A stretch of DNA of 64,000 nt, from the NCBI GenBank assembly GCA_027858735.1, contig JAQICC010000172.1:8201-72200 (forward strand), read 5' to 3'. The notes under the pieces were generated by a model. It did not search any database, was not told where the DNA came from, and saw nothing but the letters and a program-made list of their open reading frames with translations. This DNA is from Salinivirgaceae bacterium. GTDB taxonomy: Bacteria; Bacteroidota; Bacteroidia; Bacteroidales; SZUA-534. This document shows positions 19,701 to 29,557 of this stretch, in pieces. Position 1 is the stretch's first letter. The number at the start of each line of letters is the position of its first letter. The translations under genes were made by a program, and so were the position numbers.

Positions 19701-19792
19701 CTTTAAACATTGAGCATTTGGAAACAGGTGTGTACTTCATAAAACTGGAAAGTGATTTGCCATTACAAACTTTCAAATTTATTAAACAATAA
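16781..19792 (+). CDS. Multidomain GH16 laminarinase-like hydrolase: GH16 + Big_2 + unknown domain + 2 FN3 + 2 CBM6 + T9SS sorting domain
   Basis: GEIDIMEY. Big_2 segment ...IIWTSSNEAIAKVNTSGVVTGIANGTATITA. Two FN3 repeats (PT(T)P.N(I/L)T...SSDN(I/V)GV(A/S)(A/G)YNIY). Two CBM6-like repeats (IEAEDY...GWQ.WTT...NLN(Y/W)). C-terminal GVYFIKL...FKFIKQ. Confidence 0.9.
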   Translation: MKKLTLNLFLVLTALSSFSQWNLVWSDEFNYTGEPDVNKWSYDPGPNPYNNEMQYYSTNLENTRVENGNLVMEVKQEAMGEKNYTSSRINTKTKASWTYGKMEARMKLTEGEKLWPAFWMMPVTNTYGTWPASGEIDIMEYWSWDDAATFGNYHCANYFAKYGLRKAITNPSTDWHLFGVEWSESKIIFSVDNEAYATYNNPGTGSNDWPFNKPFYIIFNIAVEEGATGKDSTWTKTTVEVDYVRVYTAGPVVPVIGIGLNTNETEVTKYGTTQLVASIEPANASNKDIIWTSSNEAIAKVNTSGVVTGIANGTATITATTSDGNKTASCTVTVAGTAPCSLLTIFNVPLSQPLPVIDKSFTNIHVLGSDGPDLSNLTSFQVAWDANNSALYNFAFNTSNGNPGWWFDLNAKTMQTFDSPNPSCTISGSGINGLDGEYYVNVDNNNFVMVEKNSLYAIYLSNSSIAPDGCSQSTIDTEAPTTPANITSIPSSNSVQLNWNASSDNIGVAAYNIYESSVLIATINSTNYTVNSLSASTQYSFSIQAIDAAGNLSQKANITVTTNEEVDLIKPTTPSNLTAEVSTNSIILNWSASSDNVGVSGYNIYNGSALITSTLQTNTNVHNLDPGTMYTFYIEAFDEAGNTSLKASNTFTTKTNTVNFPLKIEAEDYSSMLGIKTQACSEGTENVGWTNAGDYLKYTLTIPTEGDYLLSYRVASLNGGGKLNLKADYSNDILAELTIPNTGGWQVWTTQSHTAHLAAGTYSITLEVIIGGFNLNYFTIEPENTTPVNPLFIEAEDYVDYFGIETENCSEGTLNIGWVDMGDWMAYNIDIPEEGLYNIDLRVASSVNGGKISIENFGGSPIYNTIDVPNTNGWQNWTTITTQVDLNAGNQTIALTAAQGGWNLNWLQLSKNTAKNATLSIENDRAKIKCYPTIASSTITIDNINNYDALKLHLFSSIGTLIKTAYLENAYTKTLNIEHLETGVYFIKLESDLPLQTFKFIKQ

Positions 19793-19827
19793 CAAGCAAA
19801 ATTATTCTTACTACTAATGAATATATA

Positions 19828-19861
19828 CCATGAATAACTTTATAACCAAGGTTATTCATGG
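19828..19861 (+). terminator. Hairpin after GH16 gene 4 (probable terminator)
   Basis: ccatgaataac ... gttattcatgg 11-bp stem followed by ttt. Confidence 0.4.
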
Positions 19862-19902
19862 TTTAAACCTACAATCAAAATCATTAATTAAACTAAACAA
19901 TT

Positions 19903-21056
19903 ATGCACAAAAAGTTACATTTTTTTATTGCTTTAAGTTTTCTACTAATTAGGGTAGCAACCATAAATGCACAGGTATTAATTGCAGATTGGGATAGCAA
20001 ACAACCTCAAAATGCTTATCCTTGGGCTGGTACGCTCACTCAGAATTTTAACAATAACGATCCTTCAGGAATTAATACTAGTGCAAAAGTTCTTAAATAC
20101 GAGCGTGCCGGAAATGACGCTTGGAGCGAAGCTTTTGCCATTGAATTTGCTAACACCAAACTAGCATTAAACCCAGTAATGTCAGTAATGGCATATCTGC
20201 CAGCCACAACTAAAATAAAAGTCATATTAAAAGATGTAAATGATCAGGATGTGGGTTCAATAGAACAAGAATTTACAAGCGCTGGAAGTTGGGTAAATCT
20301 TGAGTTTGATTTTGCAGGCAAAATTTTGGCAGAACACAACTGTAAACAAATACTTATTTTTGCAGGTTTTGGAGAAACTAATACGGAGACTTATTATTTT
20401 GATAACATTAACTTTGTCTCTGGCTTTTCAACTCAAAGTGATGCGATTATTACGCTGGAAAAATTTAACGGTTATCCAACCGAATGGGATAGTTTTTCAG
20501 GCTATACCAGCGATGTTACCTCATGGACATCGGTTAACGGAGAATTTACTAACGATTCTATTCGCATAAATCGTTGGCCTGCAGATATGTGGGATGGATC
20601 ATACACCTATCCGCTACCTTCAAAAAATTCGGTTATTGAATTAGGTAATAATGCCGACTATAAAAAGAATGACACGCTGATTTTTTCAGGTATAGACGTA
20701 AGTAATTTTACAGATTACCGCATTATATTCACCACTGGGGGTATGGGAAATACCTCAGCGCCACAAGTGCATGTAAAAGCCGACAATGGTGCATGGACCT
20801 TATTGAGCTATACCAACAACAATATCGCAAACGATAAAATGTTGCAATATGAAGTAGCTACAGGCGTTGCATCGGCAAGTGAATTGGCCATAAAATTTAC
20901 CTGCGAAAATAATTACGATGCACAATGGCTTGATGACGTTGGCCTGGTTGGTTCCGCAATTCCGGTAAGCACTATTAATATTATGGCTGCCGCCGATTCA
21001 ACTTTCGTACTTGTGGGCGAAACCTTAACTTTTGATTATAACACAAGTCCTAACAA
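19903..21056 (+). pseudogene. 5' part of an IS-disrupted T9SS surface protein (signal peptide + CBM-like beta-sandwich region)
   Basis: ORF 19903..21108. The last 17 codons and the stop are read from the IS end. The native frame continues at 22808. Confidence 0.8.
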
Positions 21057-22799
21057 GTTACAGCTCAGCTACAAAAAAAAGCATTTTAGCATGGCTGATA
21101 GCAATTAGCCACCAGCGTCAAAAATTGTATGAGTTTCTTGAAGATGATTATTAAGGACTGGATAGGAATGCTTTTTTTTGCATAGCTAAATTTATCATAA
21201 ATTTTAGATATTCAAATACGTCAGCATCTCTTTTAATCATTGTATCAATGACTGATCTAATCACTGCAAAAATTTCAGCACCCCTCTCGGAACGAAAAGC
21301 TCCAGAAACTTTCTGTTTGACTTTTATGTTCCGGATCGCCCTTTCAGAGCCATTATTATCAAACGGGACATGAAAATAAAATAAGAAAGTAAAAACAGAA
21401 TTGCGATGTTTCTTCAATCTATTCTTAAAAGCAGATAGTTTGGGAATATTCTCAGGAATTTGCATTTCTATTAGTTTTTCAAAATCATCAAGAATATTAT
21501 CTCTGGCTTGATTCGATTTTGAATAGTGTTCAGGGCTCATGGATTTTTTTAACTTGATAGCTTTCTGTAATAATGCTTTCATTTGCACTGTCCATTTATC
21601 ATTGTAGAGTTCAATGAAGCTATTAAGTTCTCTTATGAGATGAGCCAGGCACAGTTGATGAAGAAACGCAGGAGTTTTAAGTTGTGTACTCAAAGAATCT
21701 GATACAAGCGTGGCTTGGGGAAATCCATTGGAAAATTCATTTTCAATTGTCACAAAGCCCCGGCTTGGAGCTATGGTTATGTATGTTTCAGTTAAGGTTT
21801 GCCAAACCCAAGCCCAGTACTTCTCCATTCGAACTTTTGCACCCGATTCATCACTTCCTACCGTCGATGCTTTTTCAATATCAGATTTTATTCCTTGATA
21901 AATAGGAAGTAAATAATCGGCCGTCCTGTCTAACATATTAAAAATAGTACCCTCACTCATTGATACATTGGTAATACTTCGTATTAGTTCTGGTATACGT
22001 CCATACGGGACATACTGCCGAGTGCTTAAATAAGCTACTAAAGTTGTTAGGTTACTACCGTATTGAACCGGAGCGGTTACTCCTGCTGGAAATTGGCCTT
22101 TGGACATATGGCCACATGGGCATTCTCTCTGAAAAATACGATGTTCAATGATGTTTGCCTGAATAGGTGGAATGTCTATCACTTGTCGCATGGCCTTTAA
22201 TGTCAGATTATCTGCATTATGTACACGCCCGCAATCAGGGCACTCTTCATTTGGAAAATGATTGATCACTTCATCTGGGTTCTTTGATTGTTGGAGCGTT
22301 TCGCCTTTGTGTCCATGCTGACCTCCTGATAGGCGATTACTCTTCTCTCGAAGACTTTTATTTTTGACCTGATACAAATCGCGAGATGGAGGAAAGGAAC
22401 TGTTACCACTATTCTTAGGAGACTTTAATATTCGCACTTCCTCCTTTAGGTCATTAACCTCTTTGATTAATTGATCTATCGTAGAATTAAGGTTGAAGAT
22501 AATATCTATCAACTCATCCTTGCTTAATTTTTTAAGTATCTCCCGATCTGCCATTGTCTTTTGTTTGTGACAAAGGTGCGGTATTATTATCTCCTATAGA
22601 AAACTAAAGCCATGCTATTTACCAACAGATGGAGCATAGGTTATTAACAAATTAGTCCAACATTTTTGTGTTTGAAATTTCATACCCCCTGACAGTCGAA
22701 TAGAATACCTGGAGGTCTTTTTATTTGCTAATATCTCAAGGAAATCAGGCTTTATGAAATCTTGAAAATATGTGCCCAAAATAGAAGTTGAGTAGTAAC
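21057..22799 (-). mobile_element. IS66-family insertion sequence (single-ORF, ISBst12-like organisation), 1743 bp
   Basis: 8-bp direct duplication CCTAACAA at 21049-21056 and 22800-22807. Imperfect terminal inverted repeats GTTACAGCTCAGCTAC / GTTACTACTCAACTTC. Contains one transposase ORF. Confidence 0.85.
21151..22554 (-). CDS. IS66 family transposase
   Basis: 467 aa. N-terminal coiled coil, zinc-finger CPDCGRVH, DDE region with GSDESGAKV, CLAHLIRE and NNGSERAIRNIKVKQKVSG motifs typical of IS66 TnpC. Confidence 0.9.
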   Translation of the reverse strand: MADREILKKLSKDELIDIIFNLNSTIDQLIKEVNDLKEEVRILKSPKNSGNSSFPPSRDLYQVKNKSLREKSNRLSGGQHGHKGETLQQSKNPDEVINHFPNEECPDCGRVHNADNLTLKAMRQVIDIPPIQANIIEHRIFQRECPCGHMSKGQFPAGVTAPVQYGSNLTTLVAYLSTRQYVPYGRIPELIRSITNVSMSEGTIFNMLDRTADYLLPIYQGIKSDIEKASTVGSDESGAKVRMEKYWAWVWQTLTETYITIAPSRGFVTIENEFSNGFPQATLVSDSLSTQLKTPAFLHQLCLAHLIRELNSFIELYNDKWTVQMKALLQKAIKLKKSMSPEHYSKSNQARDNILDDFEKLIEMQIPENIPKLSAFKNRLKKHRNSVFTFLFYFHVPFDNNGSERAIRNIKVKQKVSGAFRSERGAEIFAVIRSVIDTMIKRDADVFEYLKFMINLAMQKKAFLSSP

Positions 22800-25700
22800 C
22801 CTAACAAAGCTCTTGACACTACCGCAACATGGTCCGTTGTTGATGGTACCGGTTCAGCAACCATTAGTGCTAACGGTTTATTAAACCCAGTTTTACCAGG
22901 TACAGTGGTAGTAAAAGCCACTACGAATGACGGAAGTAACCTTTCCGAAGAAAAAACAATTACTATTTATGATGTTGCCACAAGTGTTGACGTAAAAGGA
23001 GCTGGTAATGCGATGGTTATTACAACTAATGGAGGTAGTCTGCAAATGAATGCTTCTGTAAGTCCGGCAACGGCTATACAAACCGTTGTTTGGAGCATTG
23101 ATGCAATTGATGCAGATACAGCAACCATTTCAACCAATGGCATGCTAAGTGCCATTAGAAACGGTACTGTAAACGTAACAGCAACCACTACTGATGGGAG
23201 CTCTTTAAGCGGAAATCAAAATATTAGCATAAGTAACCAAAGAGTAAAACCCACTGCTTTAATCATTGTTGATGCAGTAATAAATTCCAATGATTTGGCG
23301 GTGCAGTTAAGTATAGCCTCTTCCACTCCCTTAGATGCGGATAAAACCGTTAGTTGGAGTATAATTTCTGATGATAACGATACAGCAAGTATTACTTCCC
23401 AAGGATTGCTAACACCTATAAGAAATGGTACAATTACTGTTAAAGCCACTTCAACGGTTACTGGTGCTACTGATATTTCAACTACAAAGGAAATTAGCAT
23501 TTCAGGGCAAGTAATTGAGCCTGTATCAATAAACATTACATCGGCTTCTACCATTGAAACAAAAAATGGCACCATTGATTTAACAGCAAACGTTAACCCA
23601 ACTGATGCTGCCGACAAAAGCCTTACCTGGAGTATTTCAAGTAACGATGCTGATACCGTATCGCTTAGCGGAACCACACTTACAGCCATTAGAAATGGTA
23701 AAGTTACGGTTCGTGCAACTGCAAACCAGAACAATGCAATTATTGCAGAACAGGAAATTACAATCAGCAATCAAACATCGGAATTACAAAATATTAGCAT
23801 TAGTGGTAACGACATTGCTAGCAATGCAGGAACCTCACAAATGACTACTGTACTTACTCCGAATGATGCGGAGAACGTCGCAATAGTTTGGAGTTTAAGT
23901 ACAGCTGCTGATAGTGCTTTGGCTACTATTTCGGCGAATGGACTACTTGAAGCTTTTGCCAATGGAAGCATAACGGTAATAGCTACAGATGTTAATACGG
24001 GAATAACAACCACCAAAACCCTTGCAATATCAGGTCAGATATTAGTTTCGGAAATAAAACTAAGTACTGAAAACAATGCCACAGAAATAACTGCAAGCGG
24101 AGGCAAATTACAGGTTTTAGCCCAAGTTCTTCCGGCAAATGCACGAATAAAAACGTTTAGCTGGAGCATTGTTAAGGCTGGTGGAAATGCAAGTATCAGC
24201 AAGCAAGGTTTGGTTACAGCATTAACCAACGGAACCGTTTATGCAAAAGCAAGTGCTCTTGATAATAGCGGCATTAGCGATTCTATAATGATAACCATAA
24301 GTGGTCAAGTACCGGTTGAAAGTGTTTCAATTGTTCATGATAGTGCTCGTATTAGTGTCAACAATGGAACGCTTCGTCTTGCTGTAAACGTTGAACCGTA
24401 TAATGCCAGCGACACCACCTTAATTTGGATCATTGAAAGCCCCGATGCCGATTCCGCAAGTATTGATGCTGAAAGTGGGCTTATTAAAGCTATTCGTAAC
24501 GGAACCATAAGGGTAAGAGCAACTGCAAAAGTCAACACCAACTTATTTGACGAAGCAGTTGTGGTAATTACAAATCAGGTAATTGAACCAACCACACTCA
24601 CACTTAGCAGCTCAGGTAATGCAACCAGCATTGATGTAAATGATGGTACATTGGCTATATCAGCAACTGCAAATCCGAGTGATGCCCTAAGTTCTGTAGA
24701 ATGGGGAATTGCCAACGGTAAAACGGATATTGCAAGCATAAATTCCGATGGATTGGTTACCGCCTTCAGAAATGGTGTTATTTTTGTGCAAGCTACATCA
24801 ACCCTTGCTCCAACTATTAGTTCCCGATTTGAGCTTAGCATAACGAACCAAATAGTGGAACCAACCGAAATTGAGATTTCACCTGAAAATAATTCAAACA
24901 CCATTAATGTGAATGATGGTTCACTGGCTTTATCTGTTACGGTTGAACCTTTTGACGCAGTAAATAGTGTAACCTGGAGTATTGCTTCGCAGGATGCTGA
25001 TACAGCTATAATAAGTTCCGACGGCATAGTAACAGCTTTGCGAAATGGCAAGGTAATAGTAAACGCTATATCAACGGCTGACACCACAGTTTCAGCGACA
25101 TTTGAAGTTGCAATTACAGATCAGGTTATTGAACCAACGGCTATTTCCATATTGGGTGCCGATAGTATTTCAACTATTGATGTTAACAATGGAACCTTAG
25201 CGTTACTTATTAATACAACCCCTATTGATGCTGTAAAAACAGTAAAATGGAGCTTGGCTTCAAATAACTCCGATACTGCCTCAATAGACAGCAATGGTAT
25301 TGTTACATCCTTACTAAATGGAACCGTTTCTATTCAAGCTACTTCAAGTGTGGATTCAACAGTAGTTGATACCTTTGAAGTTAGCATTACAAATCAAATT
25401 ATTGAACCACTGGCAATTTCGGTCATAGGGAATGATAGTATAAGCGAAATTACAACCATGAGTGGAACACTTCAAATGTTAGCTCTTGTATTGCCATTGG
25501 AAGCAGATGCCTCTGTTACATGGAGCATTGATACCGATGATTTGGCAATTGCCACCATTAGTGAAACCGGCTTACTAACTGCAAAAGCAAATGGTAATGT
25601 AACAGTAAAAGCCATATCCAATTTGGTTGATAGCGTAAAAGGAGAAACCCAGATTACGATCAGTGGTCAAATGACAACAATTTTAGTTAGCGCTATTGAA

Positions 25701-26195
25701 ATATCTTCAGAAGGTAGCGTAACTGATATTTATGTAGATAGCACTTTGCAGTTATACGCAACAATAAATCCAGATAATGCAGCAAATAACAGTGTAAATT
25801 GGAGCGTAAGTAATGAAAATATTGCATCTGTTTCTAGCAAAGGATTGGTTACTGCCCTTACGGAAGGTAATGTTACGGTAACGGCAAGTGCTACCGATGG
25901 TGGCGAGGCCTTTGGAACTTTTGATGTAAGTATATCAATTCAACTTGTGCAAGCAGATTTTTCAGCCGATAATATTCAGGTTTATCCAAATCCTGTTGAA
26001 AATATGTTATACATAAGCAACTCTCATAAAATAACTTGCATTGAAATGTATGATATTAATGGACAGATTATTCTTACAAAACAGATCAATTTATATGACC
26101 AAATCTCAATTAACACTGAATTACTTGCTTCGGGTATATACTTTGTAAAAGTACACACTCAGAATAAAATAGTTGGATTTAAATTAGTGAAATAG
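22800..26195 (+). pseudogene. 3' part of the IS-disrupted surface protein: about 12 tandem Big_2 repeats + T9SS sorting domain
   Basis: Repeated unit ...V.WSI.S.D.DTA.I...GL(L/V)TA(I/L)RNGTV.V.AT... about every 88-90 aa. C-terminal VYPNPVENMLYI...GIYFVKV...GFKLVK. No credible start of its own (tracked TTG). Confidence 0.85.
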
Positions 26196-26374
26196 TTGTG
26201 AGTTAGAAGGTTGTAAGTCATTACAACTTAAAATTAAAACGCGGATAACGTCGACAAAACAGAACTTTGCAAATTTGGTTTGCAATTATTTTGTGGAAAT
26301 AGCGTAATCTGCGTTTTTTTATAACATAAAACACCGTAAAAGGTATACTATTTGATCATCGATTTAAATCACAA

Positions 26375-29300
26375 TCAATATCTAATAATAAAGGCACCCA
26401 AATCGGTTTCTGATTTTAAATCAAGCTTTTTACGTAGGCGCCATCGGGCTTTTTCAGTTCCTTTAAGCGAAATACTTAACAATTGGGCAATATCTTTCGA
26501 ACTCATGTTCATTCTTAAATAAGCACAAAATTGTAAATCTTTTGCATTAAGGTCTTCAAATTGCTCTTTAAGTCGGTTTAAAAAGTTATCATGAATTTCA
26601 TTAAAAAGCTTATCAAACTGGTTCCAGTCTTGCTGATTTTTAAGATTCATATCAATTTCGCGTTTAATGGTTGCAATTTTCTTTTGCAGGCCAGTATCCG
26701 ACTCATTCTCTAGCTCCGACAATTTCCCATTTAGTTGCGAAATAAGTTCGTTGGCACTTGTGGCTTTCATGGCTAACGAAGTAAGTTCAGCATTTTTACG
26801 ATCTACATCGTTTTGTTTTTGTTTAAGCTCTTTGGTTAGCAGCTCATTCTTCATTTTTATAATTTCCTTTTCTTGTTCAAGCCTATCCGCTTCAAGTTCC
26901 TTTTGCTTTAAAATAAGTCTATGCTTCTCTTTTTCTTCTGCTTCATTTTTTTTCTTTTCTGTAATAATTTGAAGTGTTTTTTGCTTAACCAATGCTTTTA
27001 GTTTGCTATTAAACAAACGTATATTTCGTAAACGATACAAAAACAACAAATAAACTATAAGTGAAACTAAAATTATAGACAATATAATAAACCACCAAGT
27101 TTGCCAAAAAGGTGGCTTTACAACTATATCTAAGGCATCTTGGGTAAATTCATCTTCATTATTATGATAAGCTCTGACTTTTAAAGTATAACCACCTGGT
27201 TTTAAATTTGTGAATGTAACTTTTGTTTGATTTTCGATTGCATGCCAGTTATCCTCAAAACCTTCAAGTATATATTGATAATTCACATTATTATCAAGAC
27301 CAAAACTTGGAGAATTAAACCCGAAACCAATCATTTTGTGCCTATACTCCAGTGTAATATTGTCTGTTTCAGCTAACGATTTTGTTAATAAATCACCTTT
27401 TCTTGGTGTTTGCTTATTGTTATATAAATAAAAGTCATGAATTACAACTGGTTGAATAAAACTATGCTTTTGTATTTTACTAGGTAAAAAACTAATAAAC
27501 CCACTATTTCCTCCAAAATATAAACGGTTTGATTTTGTTTTATAACAAGCCCTCTCGTTAAATTCATCCATGTAAATTCCATCAGCCTTGGTAAAAAGAT
27601 TATGTGTATTGGTTTCTTTATCAAATTTTACTAAGCCCTCATTACTTCCAAGCCAGAACATACCAAATTCATCATTTATAATTGACTTAATGTATAGGGG
27701 CAAATGGTAAAGCTGACTGTATTGTTCAAATTTAATGAGGCTATCTTCTTCCACTAATTTATCAAGGCCTCCGGTTGAACCAATCCACAGTTCTTTTTGA
27801 TAATCTTCAAAAATGGTATATATATTATTTGAACTTAAGGTGTTTGGATTGCTTTTCTCTGCAAAAAAACTTTTAACATTTTCGCCATCAAACATATACA
27901 ATCCATAATAACTGGCAATCCAAATTCTGTTTTTTGAGTCAACCAGTACTTGCGAGCACCAAGGAATATCAAATAGCTCAGATGGAAATTTCCCTTGATT
28001 TTCTTTATTATAAACAATATCGTTTAGCTTATTATAAATATTTATTCCAAGCTTACTATGAGTAAGTATAAACAGCAAACTATCATTATTGCATAGCGAT
28101 TTTAAGTTATTTGAATTTAGTCGCTTGTTTTCTATGTGCAGCTTTGCCTCAATACGGTTTTCTAATGTAGAATATCTTATTAATCCATCATTCCAAGTTG
28201 CCATCCAAACCGTTTCAGAATTTTCAGGTTTTATGTCTAATATAAAATTGCCAAAAGTTGTGTTAAAAGACCGCACAGTCTTAAAACCGCCAGTGTACTC
28301 ATCAAATTCATCCACACCTCCACCATCTGTACCTATTAAAACGTGTCCATCATTATTCTCACTGAAAGAAGTTACATTATTATTTTTAAGGGTATTAATT
28401 TCATTTTGAATTCTACTATATTGCGAGAATTGATGGGTTTGATAATTAAAATAACTCATGCCTCCTCCGTGAGAAGCTAGCCAAATATTTTCGTTAGCGT
28501 CTTCATAAACATCAGTTATACTATTTGAAGGCAAACTAAATGAATCGTATTCATTTGCTTTATAAGTTGAAAAACTATTTTCTGACGGATTATGCAAAAT
28601 AAGTCCTCCGTTTATAGTGCCTATCCAAATGTTATTTCTTGAATCTTGTATTATTTTAGTAATAATATTACTTGATAAAACAGAGCCACTATCGTTTGAA
28701 GCCATATAATGATCAAGTATGGTAAAACTAATTGGATCAATAACATAAACACCCTTATTCCAGGTGCCAACCCACAATTTACCTTCGCGTGTAAGGCAAA
28801 ATGTTTTTATTTGTTGCGGTAAATTCGCAATCTCAATCTTATTAAATTCTTTTTTATTAAGGTCATATTTTAATATACCATTACCATCGCTTCCTGCTAA
28901 AACTCCTATATGCTTATCAGCGACAAAACAATTCACTATTTCAGTAGTTGTCACATTTATTTTAACTGCTATCAAGGCATTTTTATCGGCATCAAAAACA
29001 AATACCCCTTTATTTGAACCAACCCATAGTGTTTGATTATAATCTGTATATAAAGCATGAATGCTATATTCTAAGGCACCTTGTTTAATTGCAACAAAGT
29101 CTTCTTTAAAATGGTTATATTTTAATACGCCAAACTTATTTGTGCCAATCCACATAATACTATCGGCACTAGCCATGCAGTTAATAATAGCCATATTATA
29201 AATATTGCTATCATCGGTAATTTTCAAAAAACTATGTGCATTATATTTATTTAAACCCAGTTCCGTACCTATCCATAAATATCCATATTTATCCTGCACC

Positions 29301-29431
29301 AGGGTTTCGATAGTGTTACTTGATAATCCGTTTTGAACAGAATAAGATTGAAATTTTATGTTATTTTGTTGTGAATATAGAAAGTTGATAAGGAATATTA
29401 AGAAAGTAAGTAATACTAATTTGCACCTCAT
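26375..29431 (-). CDS. Transmembrane one-component sensor-regulator: periplasmic beta-propeller repeats + Y_Y_Y domain, TM helix, coiled coil, LuxR/GerE-type HTH
   Basis: 1018 aa. Signal/TM at the N-terminus, repeated ..LWIGT..G(L/V)..Y propeller motifs, YQYILEGFEDNWH...GGYTLKVRA (Y_Y_Y), TM WWFIILSIILVSLIVYLLFLY, about 170 aa of heptad-rich K/E sequence, C-terminal LNAKDLQFCAYLRMNMSSKDIAQLLSISLKGTEKARWRLRKKL. Confidence 0.85.
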   Translation of the reverse strand: MRCKLVLLTFLIFLINFLYSQQNNIKFQSYSVQNGLSSNTIETLVQDKYGYLWIGTELGLNKYNAHSFLKITDDSNIYNMAIINCMASADSIMWIGTNKFGVLKYNHFKEDFVAIKQGALEYSIHALYTDYNQTLWVGSNKGVFVFDADKNALIAVKINVTTTEIVNCFVADKHIGVLAGSDGNGILKYDLNKKEFNKIEIANLPQQIKTFCLTREGKLWVGTWNKGVYVIDPISFTILDHYMASNDSGSVLSSNIITKIIQDSRNNIWIGTINGGLILHNPSENSFSTYKANEYDSFSLPSNSITDVYEDANENIWLASHGGGMSYFNYQTHQFSQYSRIQNEINTLKNNNVTSFSENNDGHVLIGTDGGGVDEFDEYTGGFKTVRSFNTTFGNFILDIKPENSETVWMATWNDGLIRYSTLENRIEAKLHIENKRLNSNNLKSLCNNDSLLFILTHSKLGINIYNKLNDIVYNKENQGKFPSELFDIPWCSQVLVDSKNRIWIASYYGLYMFDGENVKSFFAEKSNPNTLSSNNIYTIFEDYQKELWIGSTGGLDKLVEEDSLIKFEQYSQLYHLPLYIKSIINDEFGMFWLGSNEGLVKFDKETNTHNLFTKADGIYMDEFNERACYKTKSNRLYFGGNSGFISFLPSKIQKHSFIQPVVIHDFYLYNNKQTPRKGDLLTKSLAETDNITLEYRHKMIGFGFNSPSFGLDNNVNYQYILEGFEDNWHAIENQTKVTFTNLKPGGYTLKVRAYHNNEDEFTQDALDIVVKPPFWQTWWFIILSIILVSLIVYLLFLYRLRNIRLFNSKLKALVKQKTLQIITEKKKNEAEEKEKHRLILKQKELEADRLEQEKEIIKMKNELLTKELKQKQNDVDRKNAELTSLAMKATSANELISQLNGKLSELENESDTGLQKKIATIKREIDMNLKNQQDWNQFDKLFNEIHDNFLNRLKEQFEDLNAKDLQFCAYLRMNMSSKDIAQLLSISLKGTEKARWRLRKKLDLKSETDLGAFIIRY

Positions 29432-29472
29432 AATTAATTTGTTTGTTTGACATATATATTATAGTAGATTAA

Positions 29473-29489
29473 CTACCCCCAAAACCCTC
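29473..29489 (-). promoter_or_regulatory. GH16-type motif (GAGGGTTTTGGGGGTAG on minus strand) upstream of the sensor-regulator gene
   Basis: Shares the 11-mer AGGGTTTTGGG with 16659-16669. Lies 42-58 nt upstream of the regulator ATG (29431) on the same strand. Confidence 0.4.
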
Positions 29490-29557
29490 TTTAACAGTTA
29501 TAGTTTCTAAATATAATAAAAAAATCAGTTGCTTAATGTTACAATTCGGGTAAAAAA

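Noticed and set aside
22893-25087. Series of antisense and off-frame ORFs (62-184 aa) inside the Big_2 repeat gene
   Set aside because: They lie entirely within a strongly supported repetitive CDS. Their translations are low-complexity (V/A/S/T/L) mirror images of the sense codons and have no independent start context.
22788-26195. Possible CRISPR-like or satellite periodicity of about 265 bp
   Set aside because: The periodicity is the Big_2 protein-domain repeat in one continuous reading frame. There are no short identical repeats separated by unique spacers. No CRISPR array is present anywhere in the window.
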